From positions 1-38,772 of the forward strand of contig JAXDAH010000030.1 in assembly GCA_034679905.1 (NCBI GenBank): DNA of 38,772 bases, given 5' to 3'. This DNA comes from Methanomicrobiales archaeon. GTDB lineage: Archaea > Halobacteriota > Methanomicrobia > Methanomicrobiales > JACTUA01. Both the position numbers and the translations under genes were made by a program. The notes beneath the pieces are model-generated. The model saw only the letters and a list, made by a program, of their open reading frames with translations, was not told the DNA's origin and did no database searches. Below are positions 8,727 through 18,490 of the stretch, one piece after another; position 1 is the first letter of the stretch, and each line of letters begins with the position of its first letter.

Positions 8727-10562
8727 CTACTCCCCGAGCATCTGCCCGATCTTCCTCTTTAAAACCTCGCTCACCACCTTGCCGTCCACCCGCCCGCGGA
8801 CCTCCTGCATCACGACGCCCATCAGGGGGCCGAGGCTCGCCCGCCCCTTCTCCCGCACGAAGGCGGAGCGCTCGGCGAGGATGGACTCGACGAGGGCCTC
8901 CAGCTCCGGGATGGAGAGGGGCGGGACCGACTGCTCGATCGCCGCATCCACGGACTGCCCCGCGGCAACGGCGGTCAGCACCAGCGGCACCGCCTCCTTG
9001 GCGACCCGACCCTCCTCCACGGCACGCAGGACCGCCAGGATCTGCGCATCGGCAAGGCACTCCGTGGAGACGCCAGATCGCCGCAGTTCCCGAAGCGTCC
9101 CGACCAGCGTGCGGCAGGCGAGAGCGGGGCGGCAGCCCTCAGCCACCGCCCGCTCGAAGAGGGGGAGCTGCTCGGAGAAGGCGATCTGCCGCGCCAGCGC
9201 CCGGTCGAGGCCGAGTTCGGCAGTAAACCGCTCCGCCCGCTCGGTGAGGAGCTCCGGCAGGGGGATGCTCCTCCAGAGGGTCTCGCTGATCGCGACGGGG
9301 AAGACGTCGGTCTCGGGATACATCCGGGCGGCGCCCGGCAGGGGGCGCATGTAGGCGGTGCTCCCGCCCTCGAGCATCCGGCGGGTCTCCTCGGGGACTC
9401 CCTCAAGCGCCATCGCCGCCCGCCGCTGCACCTGTCGTGCTGCACACGCCGCCCGCTCGGGGGTGCCGGCGACCAGCACGACGGCGTCCTGCGGCCCCGC
9501 CCTGCAGAATGCCGTGAACCGCGCCACCTCGTCTGCCGTGATCCCGAAGGCGGGCAGCTCGTCCGTGTGGAAGACTCCGCCGACGCCGCACTTCTTGGCG
9601 TAGTCCGACATCTCGCTCCCCAGCCTCCTTCCTGGCTGGATCTCCCGTCCGACGAGCCCGGCGAACCCCGGAAGGAGAACGGCGAGGATCGTCTTCGCCT
9701 TCTTCAGAATGGAGGACTTCGTAGCCTTGAAGAGGTCCGTGACATCGATCGCCTCCCCGCCCGTCCTGGCGCTCCGCTCCCGCAGTTCGTCCCGGATGGC
9801 GAGGAGCGCATGCTGCCGCTGCACCTCCCGCCGCACCATCTCGGCGATGAGGTCGAGTTCCTGGACCCCCTTGATCTCCACCCGTGCCCCGTCTCGGATG
9901 GAGATGTTGACGTCCTGGCGGATGGTCCCGATGCCGCGCTTCACCCTGCCGCTGGAGCGGAGCACCATGCCGATGTATTCCGCTGTCTCCTGCACCGCTT
10001 CGGGTGTGTGCAGGCAGGGCGAGGTGGTGATCTCGACGAGGGGTATTCCCAGGCGGTCGAGGGAGAAGATCTGATCGTCGATGCGCTGCGCTGCCTCCTC
10101 TTCGAGGCAGATCGTCTCGACGGTCCCCCCATTCGGGAGCAGCCCGCCCATGGCGACGAGCGCGGTGCGCTGGAACCCGCTCGTGTTCGAACCGTCGATG
10201 ACCAGTTTGCGCATCGTATGCACCTGGGGGACCGGGGTCATGGAGAAGAGGCGGGCGATGGTGAGCGCGACGGCGAGCGCCTCGGGGTTCAGGGGCGCCG
10301 GCGGCTCCTCGTCCGCCTCGACAAGACAGGTCGTGTCGTACGCGTAGTAGTGGAAGCGGCGCATCACCATCATCTCCTCCTCTGCCGCCCGGTCGATCTC
10401 GCCCATCTCGCTCTCCGTGGCCCGCAGGTAGCGGCAGAACTCGCCGCTCCGTTCCCCCGCCTCACGGAGCGCCGTGGGGCAGCGGCAGAAGAGCTTCTGC
10501 TCCGTGTCGAGCTGCTGGTGGATCTCGATCCCCGCCTTCAGCCCCAGCCTCTCATAGTCCAT
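8727..10562 (-). CDS. gatE: Glu-tRNA(Gln) amidotransferase subunit E
   Basis: GLKAGIEIHQQL, KLVIDGSNTSGFQRT, GTIRQDVNISI and RPLPGAARMYPETD. Confidence 0.98.
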   Translation of the reverse strand: MDYERLGLKAGIEIHQQLDTEQKLFCRCPTALREAGERSGEFCRYLRATESEMGEIDRAAEEEMMVMRRFHYYAYDTTCLVEADEEPPAPLNPEALAVALTIARLFSMTPVPQVHTMRKLVIDGSNTSGFQRTALVAMGGLLPNGGTVETICLEEEAAQRIDDQIFSLDRLGIPLVEITTSPCLHTPEAVQETAEYIGMVLRSSGRVKRGIGTIRQDVNISIRDGARVEIKGVQELDLIAEMVRREVQRQHALLAIRDELRERSARTGGEAIDVTDLFKATKSSILKKAKTILAVLLPGFAGLVGREIQPGRRLGSEMSDYAKKCGVGGVFHTDELPAFGITADEVARFTAFCRAGPQDAVVLVAGTPERAACAARQVQRRAAMALEGVPEETRRMLEGGSTAYMRPLPGAARMYPETDVFPVAISETLWRSIPLPELLTERAERFTAELGLDRALARQIAFSEQLPLFERAVAEGCRPALACRTLVGTLRELRRSGVSTECLADAQILAVLRAVEEGRVAKEAVPLVLTAVAAGQSVDAAIEQSVPPLSIPELEALVESILAERSAFVREKGRASLGPLMGVVMQEVRGRVDGKVVSEVLKRKIGQMLGE

Positions 10563-11790
10563 CGCAGGAACACCTCGTTATCTCTCCGACGAGATCGGTC
10601 TGCAGGAGCCGCCGCACCGTCTCCGGATCCCGCTCCCGCGCCAGCACCCACATCAGCTTCACGAGCGCCGCCTCCGGGAGCATGTCCTCCCCCTCGGCGA
10701 CGCCGAGCGCCAGCAGGTCCCGCCCGGTATCGTAGACGCGGTCGCAGACCCGCCCGTGGAGGCACTGGGAGGTCATGACGACCGTGGTCCCGCCGTCGAT
10801 CAGCCGCTTTATGGGCTCGATCCAGCGGGTGCTCACGTGCCCGAGGCCGCTGCCGGCGAGCACGAGCCCCTCGTAGCCCTCGAAGCATGCCAGCACCGCT
10901 GCCGGCATGTCGGGGTAGAAGTAGAGCAGCCCGCACTTCTCCTCCAGCTCCGTTCGGAGCGCCGGTGCATGGGATCCCCGCCGCACCGCCTCCTCCCGCA
11001 GGCGGACCTGCAGCGACGGGTACTCCACCGTCCCGATGGGCGGGATGCCGATGCTGCGGAACGCGTCCCGTCGGGAGGTGTGCATCTTGCGCACCCGGGT
11101 CGCGCGGTGGATGGCGCAGACGTCGTCGCTCTCCGTCGCGTGCATCACCACCGCCACCTCGCCCAGGTCGCCGACGGCGGTTGCGGCACTGCAGAGGGCG
11201 TTCATGACGTTGTCGCTGCTCGGGCGGTCGGCGGACCGCTGCGAACCCACGAAGACGATCGGCACCGGCGACCGCACCATGAAGGAGACGGCCGCCGCCG
11301 TATAGGCCATGGTGTCTGTGCCGTGGGTGACGATCACGCCGGCCGCACCCCGGTCGATCTCCTCGAAGATGGTGCGGGCCAGGGCCTGCCAGATGGCGGG
11401 AGTCATGTTCTCCGAGAGGATGGTGCTCACCTGACGGGTACGGTAGCGGGCGATATCGGCCAGGCCGGGGATGGCCCGCAGGATGTCGTCCGCATCGAAC
11501 TGGCTGGTGACCGCCCCCGTGCGGTAGTCCACGCGACTCGCGATCGTGCCGCCGGTGGAGACGATCGAGAGCTCGGGGAGCGATGGATCCTGGACCACCG
11601 CGGGCGGCACTGCTCTCGCCGGGCGGGGGCGCTCCAGGAAGGTGCAGCGGTCCCCCGGAACGCCGATGTTGTAGCCGCTGCCGAGCTTGATCACCACCAT
11701 CCCGTCCCGCTCCGTGATGTAGGTGCCATCGAGCAGCCGCCCGCCGTGGGCGCACTGGAGCCGGTCGCCCGGCTGGAACGAGGCCGTCAC
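10552..11790 (-). CDS. gatD: Glu-tRNA(Gln) amidotransferase subunit D
   Basis: IKLGSGYNIG, STGGTIASRVDYRTG, HGTDT, SQRSADRPSSD and KMHTSRRDAF. GTG start overlaps the argH stop. Confidence 0.97.
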   Translation of the reverse strand: MTASFQPGDRLQCAHGGRLLDGTYITERDGMVVIKLGSGYNIGVPGDRCTFLERPRPARAVPPAVVQDPSLPELSIVSTGGTIASRVDYRTGAVTSQFDADDILRAIPGLADIARYRTRQVSTILSENMTPAIWQALARTIFEEIDRGAAGVIVTHGTDTMAYTAAAVSFMVRSPVPIVFVGSQRSADRPSSDNVMNALCSAATAVGDLGEVAVVMHATESDDVCAIHRATRVRKMHTSRRDAFRSIGIPPIGTVEYPSLQVRLREEAVRRGSHAPALRTELEEKCGLLYFYPDMPAAVLACFEGYEGLVLAGSGLGHVSTRWIEPIKRLIDGGTTVVMTSQCLHGRVCDRVYDTGRDLLALGVAEGEDMLPEAALVKLMWVLARERDPETVRRLLQTDLVGEITRCSCDGL

Positions 11791-13265
11791 GAGACCAGCC
11801 TCCGGGCCTCTTCAAGCATCCCCTCCACCGCACGGCTGCTCTGCTCCTTAAGGGCTTCCAGGTGCCGGCGGTCGGCGGCGAGCAGTTCCCGCCGCCCCAC
11901 CAGCGCCGCCGACACCGCAGCGGGTGCCGGCCCCCCGGGGGCCTTCCGTGCAGCGACGACCGACCGGACGTCGAGTGCCTCGCGGATACGCCCTCCCGTC
12001 AGCCCCCGCTCCGCGAGGGAGATCCCCGCAACCTCCTTTGCTGCCTTCTCCAGCTCCGCCTCGTTCAGGCGACCGCGGCGGACCGCCCTCCCCACGATCG
12101 TGTGCGCGGTGCGGAAGGGGAGATCGAACTCCCGCACCAGCCGGTCGGCGAGCTCGGTTGCCGTGGAGAACCCGCTCTCCGCCGCCGCCTCCATCCGAAC
12201 GGTATCGAAGCGGGCGGTGCCGAGCATCCCCGCGAGGAGCGGGAGGCTCGCCCGCGCCGTGCCGACGCCCTCCCAGAGGCGGGGGTTGAGCTCCTGCAGG
12301 TCGCGGTTGTAGCTCATGGGCAGCGCCTTTACGAGGGCAAGCCCCGCGGTCAGGTCGCCCACGACCGTCGCCGTCTTGCCGCGCAGGATCTCCGCCGTAT
12401 CCGGGTTCTTCTTCTGGGGCATGATGGAGCTGGAGGAGCAGTAGGGATCGTCGAGTTCCACAAATCCGATCAGGGGGGAGGACCAGAGGATCAGCTCCTC
12501 GGCAAGCCGGCTCGCGTTCGTCATCAGGATGGCGAGCGCGGAGAGCGCCTCCAGGGCGAAGTCGCGGGTGGAAACCGCGTCCATGGAGTTCTCGACGATA
12601 CCCGAGAAACCCAGGCTCTCCGCCGTGAACGCACGATCGATCGCATACCCCGTGGATGCGAAGGCGGCCGCCCCGAGCGGGGAGCGGTTCACGCGGCCAT
12701 AGGCGCCGCGCAGGCGCTCGAAGTCGCGGGAGAACGCCTGCTCATACGCCAGCAGGTGATGCGCGAGCGTGGTCGGCTGGGCAACCTGGAGGTGGGTGAA
12801 TCCCGGCATGACCGTATCGATGTGCCCGCCCGCGAGGGAGAGGAGCGTCTCGCGGAGCTCGAGCAGGCCTCCCATGAGGGCGATGAGTTCCTCCCGCAGG
12901 CGGAGGCGGATGCAGGTGGCCACCTCGTCATTCCTCGAGCGCCCGATCTGGAGCCTTCCACCGGCGTCCGCCCCCGCATGCTCGATCAGGTAGGCCTCGA
13001 TCCCCGCGTGCACGTCCTCGTACCGCGGATCGAAGATCTCCGCGGGAAGCCCGTCCCCGTACATCTCCAATAGCAGGCGGAGCAGGGGGACTGCCGTCTC
13101 ATCGGCGATGATCCCCTGCCGGCGCAGCATGAGCAGATGGGCGATGTCCACCAGTACGTCTGCTCTCCCTATCCAGCGATCGGCCGGCATGGAGGAGAGG
13201 TACTCCGTGATCGCGTCGGAACGCTCCCCGGCGAGCCTACCAGCGCGGATCTGATCCTGTCGCAT
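11787..13265 (-). CDS. argH: Argininosuccinate lyase
   Basis: GRSRNDEV, MPGFTHLQVAQP, SSSSIMPQKKNPD and YNRDLQE. ATG at 13265 preferred over TTG at 13277. Confidence 0.97.
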   Translation of the reverse strand: MRQDQIRAGRLAGERSDAITEYLSSMPADRWIGRADVLVDIAHLLMLRRQGIIADETAVPLLRLLLEMYGDGLPAEIFDPRYEDVHAGIEAYLIEHAGADAGGRLQIGRSRNDEVATCIRLRLREELIALMGGLLELRETLLSLAGGHIDTVMPGFTHLQVAQPTTLAHHLLAYEQAFSRDFERLRGAYGRVNRSPLGAAAFASTGYAIDRAFTAESLGFSGIVENSMDAVSTRDFALEALSALAILMTNASRLAEELILWSSPLIGFVELDDPYCSSSSIMPQKKNPDTAEILRGKTATVVGDLTAGLALVKALPMSYNRDLQELNPRLWEGVGTARASLPLLAGMLGTARFDTVRMEAAAESGFSTATELADRLVREFDLPFRTAHTIVGRAVRRGRLNEAELEKAAKEVAGISLAERGLTGGRIREALDVRSVVAARKAPGGPAPAAVSAALVGRRELLAADRRHLEALKEQSSRAVEGMLEEARRLVS

Positions 13266-13312
13266 CCTCTTGTACAACCCCTTTTCGTAGTATTAAAGGC
13301 TGCAGGATGAGA

Positions 13313-13846
13313 TTAATGCCACGCCTTTCGGGCGGCGAGCTCGATCGCCCGCACCATGCTCTCCCGCGGCACGATGGTCGCAACGGGGATCCGCACCAGG
13401 TGCTCGATGGTGCCGCTCACGATGGGAGCGCAGACGATCCCGATGGCTCCCTCCCGCTCGGCCCGCACCGCGGCCACGATCGCGTCCTCCACCGTCTGGA
13501 CCGGGTACTCCCGCACCCGGATCCGCCTCCCATCGACCTCGGCCATGCGGTCCACGATGCCCTCCAGCACCGGGCGTGCCGCAATGACGCCGATGAACTC
13601 CTCCTCGCTGGCGCGGTAGAACTGCCGGAGCGCCCGGCTGATCGCCCGCAGGGTGGAGAGGTTCGGGGACCGCTTCCCGTGCAGGATCTTGTAGAGGGAG
13701 CTCTGGGCGATGCCGCTCCTCTCTGCCAGCTCCCGCACGCTGATGCGGAGTTCGTGCTTGAGGATGTCGTTTAACGTGGCGATGAACTGCTCGTCCGACT
13801 CCAGGGCCGCGCGGGTGAGGCGGTCGATGGGATCGAGTTGTACCAT
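13313..13846 (-). CDS. XRE-type HTH transcriptional regulator with C-terminal putative effector domain
   Basis: HTH SVRELAERSGIAQSSLYKILHGKRSPNLSTL; C-terminal alpha/beta domain (IVCAPIVS). Divergent from the ABC transporter. Confidence 0.85.
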   Translation of the reverse strand: MVQLDPIDRLTRAALESDEQFIATLNDILKHELRISVRELAERSGIAQSSLYKILHGKRSPNLSTLRAISRALRQFYRASEEEFIGVIAARPVLEGIVDRMAEVDGRRIRVREYPVQTVEDAIVAAVRAEREGAIGIVCAPIVSGTIEHLVRIPVATIVPRESMVRAIELAARKAWH

Positions 13847-13927
13847 GGTATGGGTACTTCTAGGTCAAAGAACGGGATAAAATTTTACATGTGTCCATCC
13901 GCAAGAGCGGTGGAATTCCCGCTGCCT

Positions 13928-13992
13928 TCTACAATTATAAAAAAATGCTATCCAATTGTATAATAATACCCTATATAATATACATTTAGATA
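13928..13992. promoter_or_regulatory. AT-rich divergent promoter with three candidate 14-bp operator boxes
   Basis: TCTACAATTATAAA (13928-13941), TATCCAATTGTATA (13949-13962) and TATACATTTAGATA (13979-13992) resemble the palindrome TATACAATTGTATA. Confidence 0.5.
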
Positions 13993-14066
13993 ATAAAAAG
14001 AGCCAGAAGCGTAATCATTATTATCTATCCTTGCCCAATATACACCGGTAATTCAAGGAGATTCAT

Positions 14067-15056
14067 ATGAAAAAGATACTGTTGGTTCTCGGCGTGCTTA
14101 TCGTTGCCGCTGCCCTGACCCTGATGGCGGGGTGCATATCCCCCCCGACTTCGGACGTTAAGGAGATCCGCATCGGCTACCAGCCCAGCACCCACCAGAT
14201 GGCCCACATCACCGCCATGGAGAAGGGATGGTGGAAGGAGGATCTCTCCCGGTTCGGCGTCGAGACGGTGACGGACTACCAGTTCCCCTCGGGACCTCCC
14301 GAGATGACGGCGATGCAGGCGGGACAGATCGATGTCGCTTACACCGGTTCCGCACCCCTGCTGACGGCGATCAGCACCGGCCTGGATGCCAAGATCGTCG
14401 CTGCGGTCCAGACGCAGGGCTCGGATCTCGTGTTGCGGAACGAGATCGCCTACTCGTCCCCGGCTGATCTCAAGGGCCTCTCCATCGGAACGTTTCCGCC
14501 CGGCTCGATACAGGATACCATCCTGCGGAACTGGCTGAAGGCGAACGGTCTTGAGCCCGACCGCGACGTGGCGATCAAGGCCATGGCACCCGGTGACGCG
14601 GTGACCGCCATCACCGCTGGCCAGATCGACGGCGTATTCCTGCCTCATCCGTCTCCATCGATCATCGCTGCCGAGGGGAAGGGGCGGACCGTTGTCATGT
14701 CCGGCGAGATGGAACCGAACCATGCCTGCTGCGTCCTCGCGGTATCCGGAAAACTGATCCGCGAGCATCCCGAGATCGTCGAGCAGCTCGTGCGAACCCA
14801 CATTCGGGCAACGCAGTATAATGCCGAGCACCCGGACGAGGCCGCATCGATCTATGCAGCCAAGACGGATGCCAAGTACGATCAGGTCGTCCAATCGATC
14901 GACGAATGGGATGGTTCGTGGATCGCGGACCCGAACATCATCGTAGATTCGGTCACGGATTTCGCCCAGATCCAGTACAACCTCGGCTACATCAAGAAAC
15001 CCCTGACCCAGGACGAGATCTTCGACCTGAGCTTCTATGAGAAGGCCAGGGCATAG
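14067..15056 (+). CDS. ABC transporter substrate-binding lipoprotein, NitT/TauT/SsuA family
   Basis: Signal peptide with lipobox LMAGC; IRIGYQPSTHQ, DLKGLSIG and NHACC motifs; AAGGAG RBS. Confidence 0.92.
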   Translation: MKKILLVLGVLIVAAALTLMAGCISPPTSDVKEIRIGYQPSTHQMAHITAMEKGWWKEDLSRFGVETVTDYQFPSGPPEMTAMQAGQIDVAYTGSAPLLTAISTGLDAKIVAAVQTQGSDLVLRNEIAYSSPADLKGLSIGTFPPGSIQDTILRNWLKANGLEPDRDVAIKAMAPGDAVTAITAGQIDGVFLPHPSPSIIAAEGKGRTVVMSGEMEPNHACCVLAVSGKLIREHPEIVEQLVRTHIRATQYNAEHPDEAASIYAAKTDAKYDQVVQSIDEWDGSWIADPNIIVDSVTDFAQIQYNLGYIKKPLTQDEIFDLSFYEKARA

Positions 15057-15158
15057 AACCTCCCTTCATATTCTTTCAGGACAGACACGTACAGCAGATG
15101 AACCATCTACATTTTCGTTCGCGCAGTATGGAGAGCGTCACCGCTATCGGGTTACACC

Positions 15159-15944
15159 ATGCCGGGATGGAACCTTCGTAAAAACGGATGGTGGCTTGCG
15201 CTCGGCTCCATCGCTGTCGCACTGGGGCTCTGGCAGATCGTTGCCGCCTACATCGTGCGGGATCCCTTCGTCCTCCCCAGCTTCTCCGCCGTCGCCCTGG
15301 CGCTCATCGACCTGACGGTGCGGGGGCCGCTGCTGACAGACCTCTATATCAGCATCTACCACTTCGCGATCGGTCTTGTTGCCGCGCTCCTCATCGGCGT
15401 GCCGATAGGCATCCTGATGGGATGGTTCAAGGAGATCGATACGGCCGTCAATCCGTTGATCGAGGTGCTCCGCCCCATCCCGCCACTCGCCTGGATCCCG
15501 TTCGCCATCGTCTGGTTCGGGCTCACGCACCAGTCCGCCGGGTTCGTGATCTTCATCGGCGCGGTCTTCCCGATCCTGATCAACACCTACACCGGATTCC
15601 GCAACGTCCCGAAGGTCTTTGTGGAGGCGGGGAGGATGCTGGGGTGCACCAGGAACCTCGCCCTGATCCGCTACATCGCATTGCCGGCCTCGGTGCCGTC
15701 CATCGCAGCAGGCATCCGCATCGGCACCGGCGTCGGCTGGATGTGCCTGGTGGCCGCCGAGCTCTTCGGGGTCAGCAACTACGGTCTCGGGAAGAACATG
15801 TGGCACTACTACTACCTGCACCAGATGGACAACGTCGTCGTGTACATGGTGGTGCTCGGGGTGCTCGGGCTCCTGATCGACATGGTGTTCCGGTTCTACG
15901 TGGACAGGCGCCTCCTGCGCTGGCGCGAGGGGGAGGTGCTCTGA
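15159..15944 (+). CDS. ABC transporter permease, NitT/TauT family
   Basis: LRPIPPLAWIP, EAG (EAA-like) loop and LVAAELFG. Confidence 0.93.
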   Translation: MPGWNLRKNGWWLALGSIAVALGLWQIVAAYIVRDPFVLPSFSAVALALIDLTVRGPLLTDLYISIYHFAIGLVAALLIGVPIGILMGWFKEIDTAVNPLIEVLRPIPPLAWIPFAIVWFGLTHQSAGFVIFIGAVFPILINTYTGFRNVPKVFVEAGRMLGCTRNLALIRYIALPASVPSIAAGIRIGTGVGWMCLVAAELFGVSNYGLGKNMWHYYYLHQMDNVVVYMVVLGVLGLLIDMVFRFYVDRRLLRWREGEVL

Positions 15945-16709
15945 ATGGGTGCTGTAACACTCCGGGGGGTCTCCAAGACCTTCGGGAAGGAGAGCGGTGC
16001 GCCCCTGGCTGCGCTGAAGGATGTCGACCTGGAGATCCGGGACAAGGAGTTCGTCTGCCTGCTCGGGCCTTCCGGCTGCGGCAAGACGACCCTGCTTCGG
16101 ATTCTCGCGGGGCTGGAGGTGGCGACGAGCGGGGAGGTGCTGCTCGACGGCACGCCGATACGCGAGCCGAATCCGAAGGTGGGGATGGTCTTCCAGGAGT
16201 ATTCGCTCTTTCCCTGGCGCACGGTCCTGGACAACATCGCCTTCGGGCCGGAGATGCGCGGGGTTTCGCGAAGCGAACGCATCCCGCTCGCGGAGCGGTA
16301 TCTCGAGCTCGTCGGACTGGAGCAGTTCCGGGACAGCTACCCCTCCGAGCTCTCGGGGGGCATGCGGCAGCGCATCGCGATCGCCCGGGCCCTCGCGAAT
16401 GAGCCGGAGGTGCTGCTCATGGACGAGCCCTTCGGGGCCCTGGACGCCCAGACCCGGAACCGCATGCAGAAGGAGCTCCTGCAGATCCACGAGAAGATGC
16501 AGAAGACGATCGTCTTTGTGACGCACAGTGTGGACGAAGCGGTGTTTCTGGCCGACCGGATCGTCGTGCTGACGAAGCGCCCGGGGAGCGTGAAGGAGAT
16601 CGTGAACGTGATCCACTGCCGTCCGCGTGACCGCACGTGCACAGAGTTCTCCAACACCCGGAAGTACGTGCTCGACCTGATCACCGAAGAATCGACAGCA
16701 ATCCAGTAA
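15945..16709 (+). CDS. ABC transporter ATP-binding protein, NitT/TauT family
   Basis: Walker A GPSGCGKT, signature LSGGM, Walker B LLMDEPFGALD and FVTHSVDEA. Confidence 0.96.
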   Translation: MGAVTLRGVSKTFGKESGAPLAALKDVDLEIRDKEFVCLLGPSGCGKTTLLRILAGLEVATSGEVLLDGTPIREPNPKVGMVFQEYSLFPWRTVLDNIAFGPEMRGVSRSERIPLAERYLELVGLEQFRDSYPSELSGGMRQRIAIARALANEPEVLLMDEPFGALDAQTRNRMQKELLQIHEKMQKTIVFVTHSVDEAVFLADRIVVLTKRPGSVKEIVNVIHCRPRDRTCTEFSNTRKYVLDLITEESTAIQ

Positions 16710-16763
16710 GTTTTATTAGAGCAGGTATCCATTTTATAAAGAATATCACGGAGCGACAGAGCG

Positions 16764-17276
16764 ATGGTACGAAAACCAGGAAGAATGTACAGGAATATCA
16801 ACAAGAAGGCGTATACGCGGCGGGAGTATATGGGAGGCGTGCCGGGCAACAAGATCGTGACCTTCGACTTAGGAAACCTCTCGGAGGAGTTTCCAGTAGA
16901 GATCTCCCTCGCCGTGATCGAGCAGTGCCAGATCCGGCATTCAGCCCTGGAGGCGGCCCGCGTCTCCATCAACCGCAAGCTGCAGTCCAACGTGGGCAGG
17001 ATGAACTTCCGCCTGAAGATCCGCACCCATCCCCATCATGTGCTGCGGGAGAACAAGCAGGCGACCGGCGCCGGGGCCGACCGTGTCTCGGAGGGGATGC
17101 GCCTCGCCTTCGGAAAGCCGGTGGGGACCGCCGCCCGCGTCCAGGCCGGGCAGAAGGTCATCTCGGTCTTCACCACGCCCCAGTTCGTGGAGAAGGCAAA
17201 GGACGCCCTCCGCCACGGCGGCTACAAGCTCCCCTCGCCGAGCCGCATCACGATCACGGAGCAGGCGGCAGCCTGA
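16764..17276 (+). CDS. rpl10e: 50S ribosomal protein L10e (uL16)
   Basis: [37 protein letters not shown] and KLP. Confidence 0.97.
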   Translation: MVRKPGRMYRNINKKAYTRREYMGGVPGNKIVTFDLGNLSEEFPVEISLAVIEQCQIRHSALEAARVSINRKLQSNVGRMNFRLKIRTHPHHVLRENKQATGAGADRVSEGMRLAFGKPVGTAARVQAGQKVISVFTTPQFVEKAKDALRHGGYKLPSPSRITITEQAAA

Positions 17277-17607
17277 CCCGCAATACCTTTTTACGACCGA
17301 GATCGCCCCACGTTCAGTTTCACAAACCCCATTCGCCCGTCTGCCTTCCCACGATGACCTTCTGGCCAGAGTTGGCTTCTGGATCTCGATGTATCGATGG
17401 GCCCTCGCCGTGGGCGAGGAGCAGGTATGCCGGCCAAACGCTGATACAGCACAGGAAGGTACTTTTGAGAGTGGATAGACTGCGAGTTGATCTACCCCTT
17501 GCACTGAGAAGACTTTGGGGGCATCCGCGGCATCTGCATCGCCATCCAGGGCTCGAATAGCTCGAACGGATCCCTTCGCCGCTTCTCTTTCCGCTGCTCT
17601 CCCTATC

Positions 17608-17809
17608 CAGGACTATCGCACTAAATGGGGGGGGGAGGGTGTTCTTAAGTGTGGAGGGAGCGCACCCCCTCCCCGCCGGTATGATACTCAGGAGGGCATG
17701 CACGATCCATCCCCCGACAGCTCCCACCCCGAAAGTAGCGATATCCTTGATGGAAGGATTCATGCGTGTCCTTAACCCATGCACCCCTGCCGATGGTGCG
17801 ATAGTCCTG
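17608..17809. repeat. Non-coding palindromic repeat element with perfect 14-bp terminal inverted repeats (MITE/REP-like)
   Basis: CAGGACTATCGCAC (17608-17621) and GTGCGATAGTCCTG (17796-17809); internal G-run/C-run stem; 17723-17743 is the exact reverse complement of 35966-35986. Confidence 0.7.
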
Positions 17810-18490
17810 TTCCCGGATGCTGTACCGGATACCAGCATCTCCACAAGGGCAATGATAGCGCGATTCGAATTCGGTTGGATAGAATTACGGTACCCTCCAG
17901 GGGAGGTGGATCGGAGAGACACTATGGCCCCATCCCTGCCATTGCGATAGCCTCGAAGGGAGGATTCGGGATGTTCCATGCCCCCGCCCTCGTGTTCGAT
18001 AAACCCAGATTCAGGATGCGGAAGTGATACACCTTCCGCCTATTCTGTAGGAGTGGTCCGGTTCAATCGTGCCCGACGGCTCATCCGAATCCTTCTCATA
18101 TTGGACAACATGCTTCTCCTTCCCCTACTCGCCCACCTCACGGGAATTCGTGCATCCCCAGATAGAGAGGCAGCAGTGAGCGCGGTTCTCCTGTATCGCG
18201 TGATATTCTATAGCTATCGAGGAAGAACGCAGGTGCTGTGCCGCTACCGGATCCTGCCGGCTATCCGAAAGATGCCATCCGATAGTGCTCCGATGCAGGC
18301 TCAATCCTTCGCGGGATAGCCCCTCCGCTCCTGCCGCCGACCCGCGACGCGGGCTCTCGCCGTAGACAGGGCCGGGCGGACAGCGTTCCCTCGAGGATAC
18401 CGGGAACGGTCTCAGATTCACCGCGTTCTCCGTCTTCCGGAACTGCTCGATCGCCTGCTTTTTATAGCCATGCGTTTTCTACATAGCTGA

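Noticed and set aside
17277-18490. CRISPR array or protein-coding genes in this gap
   Set aside because: No regularly spaced identical repeats and no cas genes. The ORFs here (for example 17320-17979) have no motifs and run through the repeat elements.
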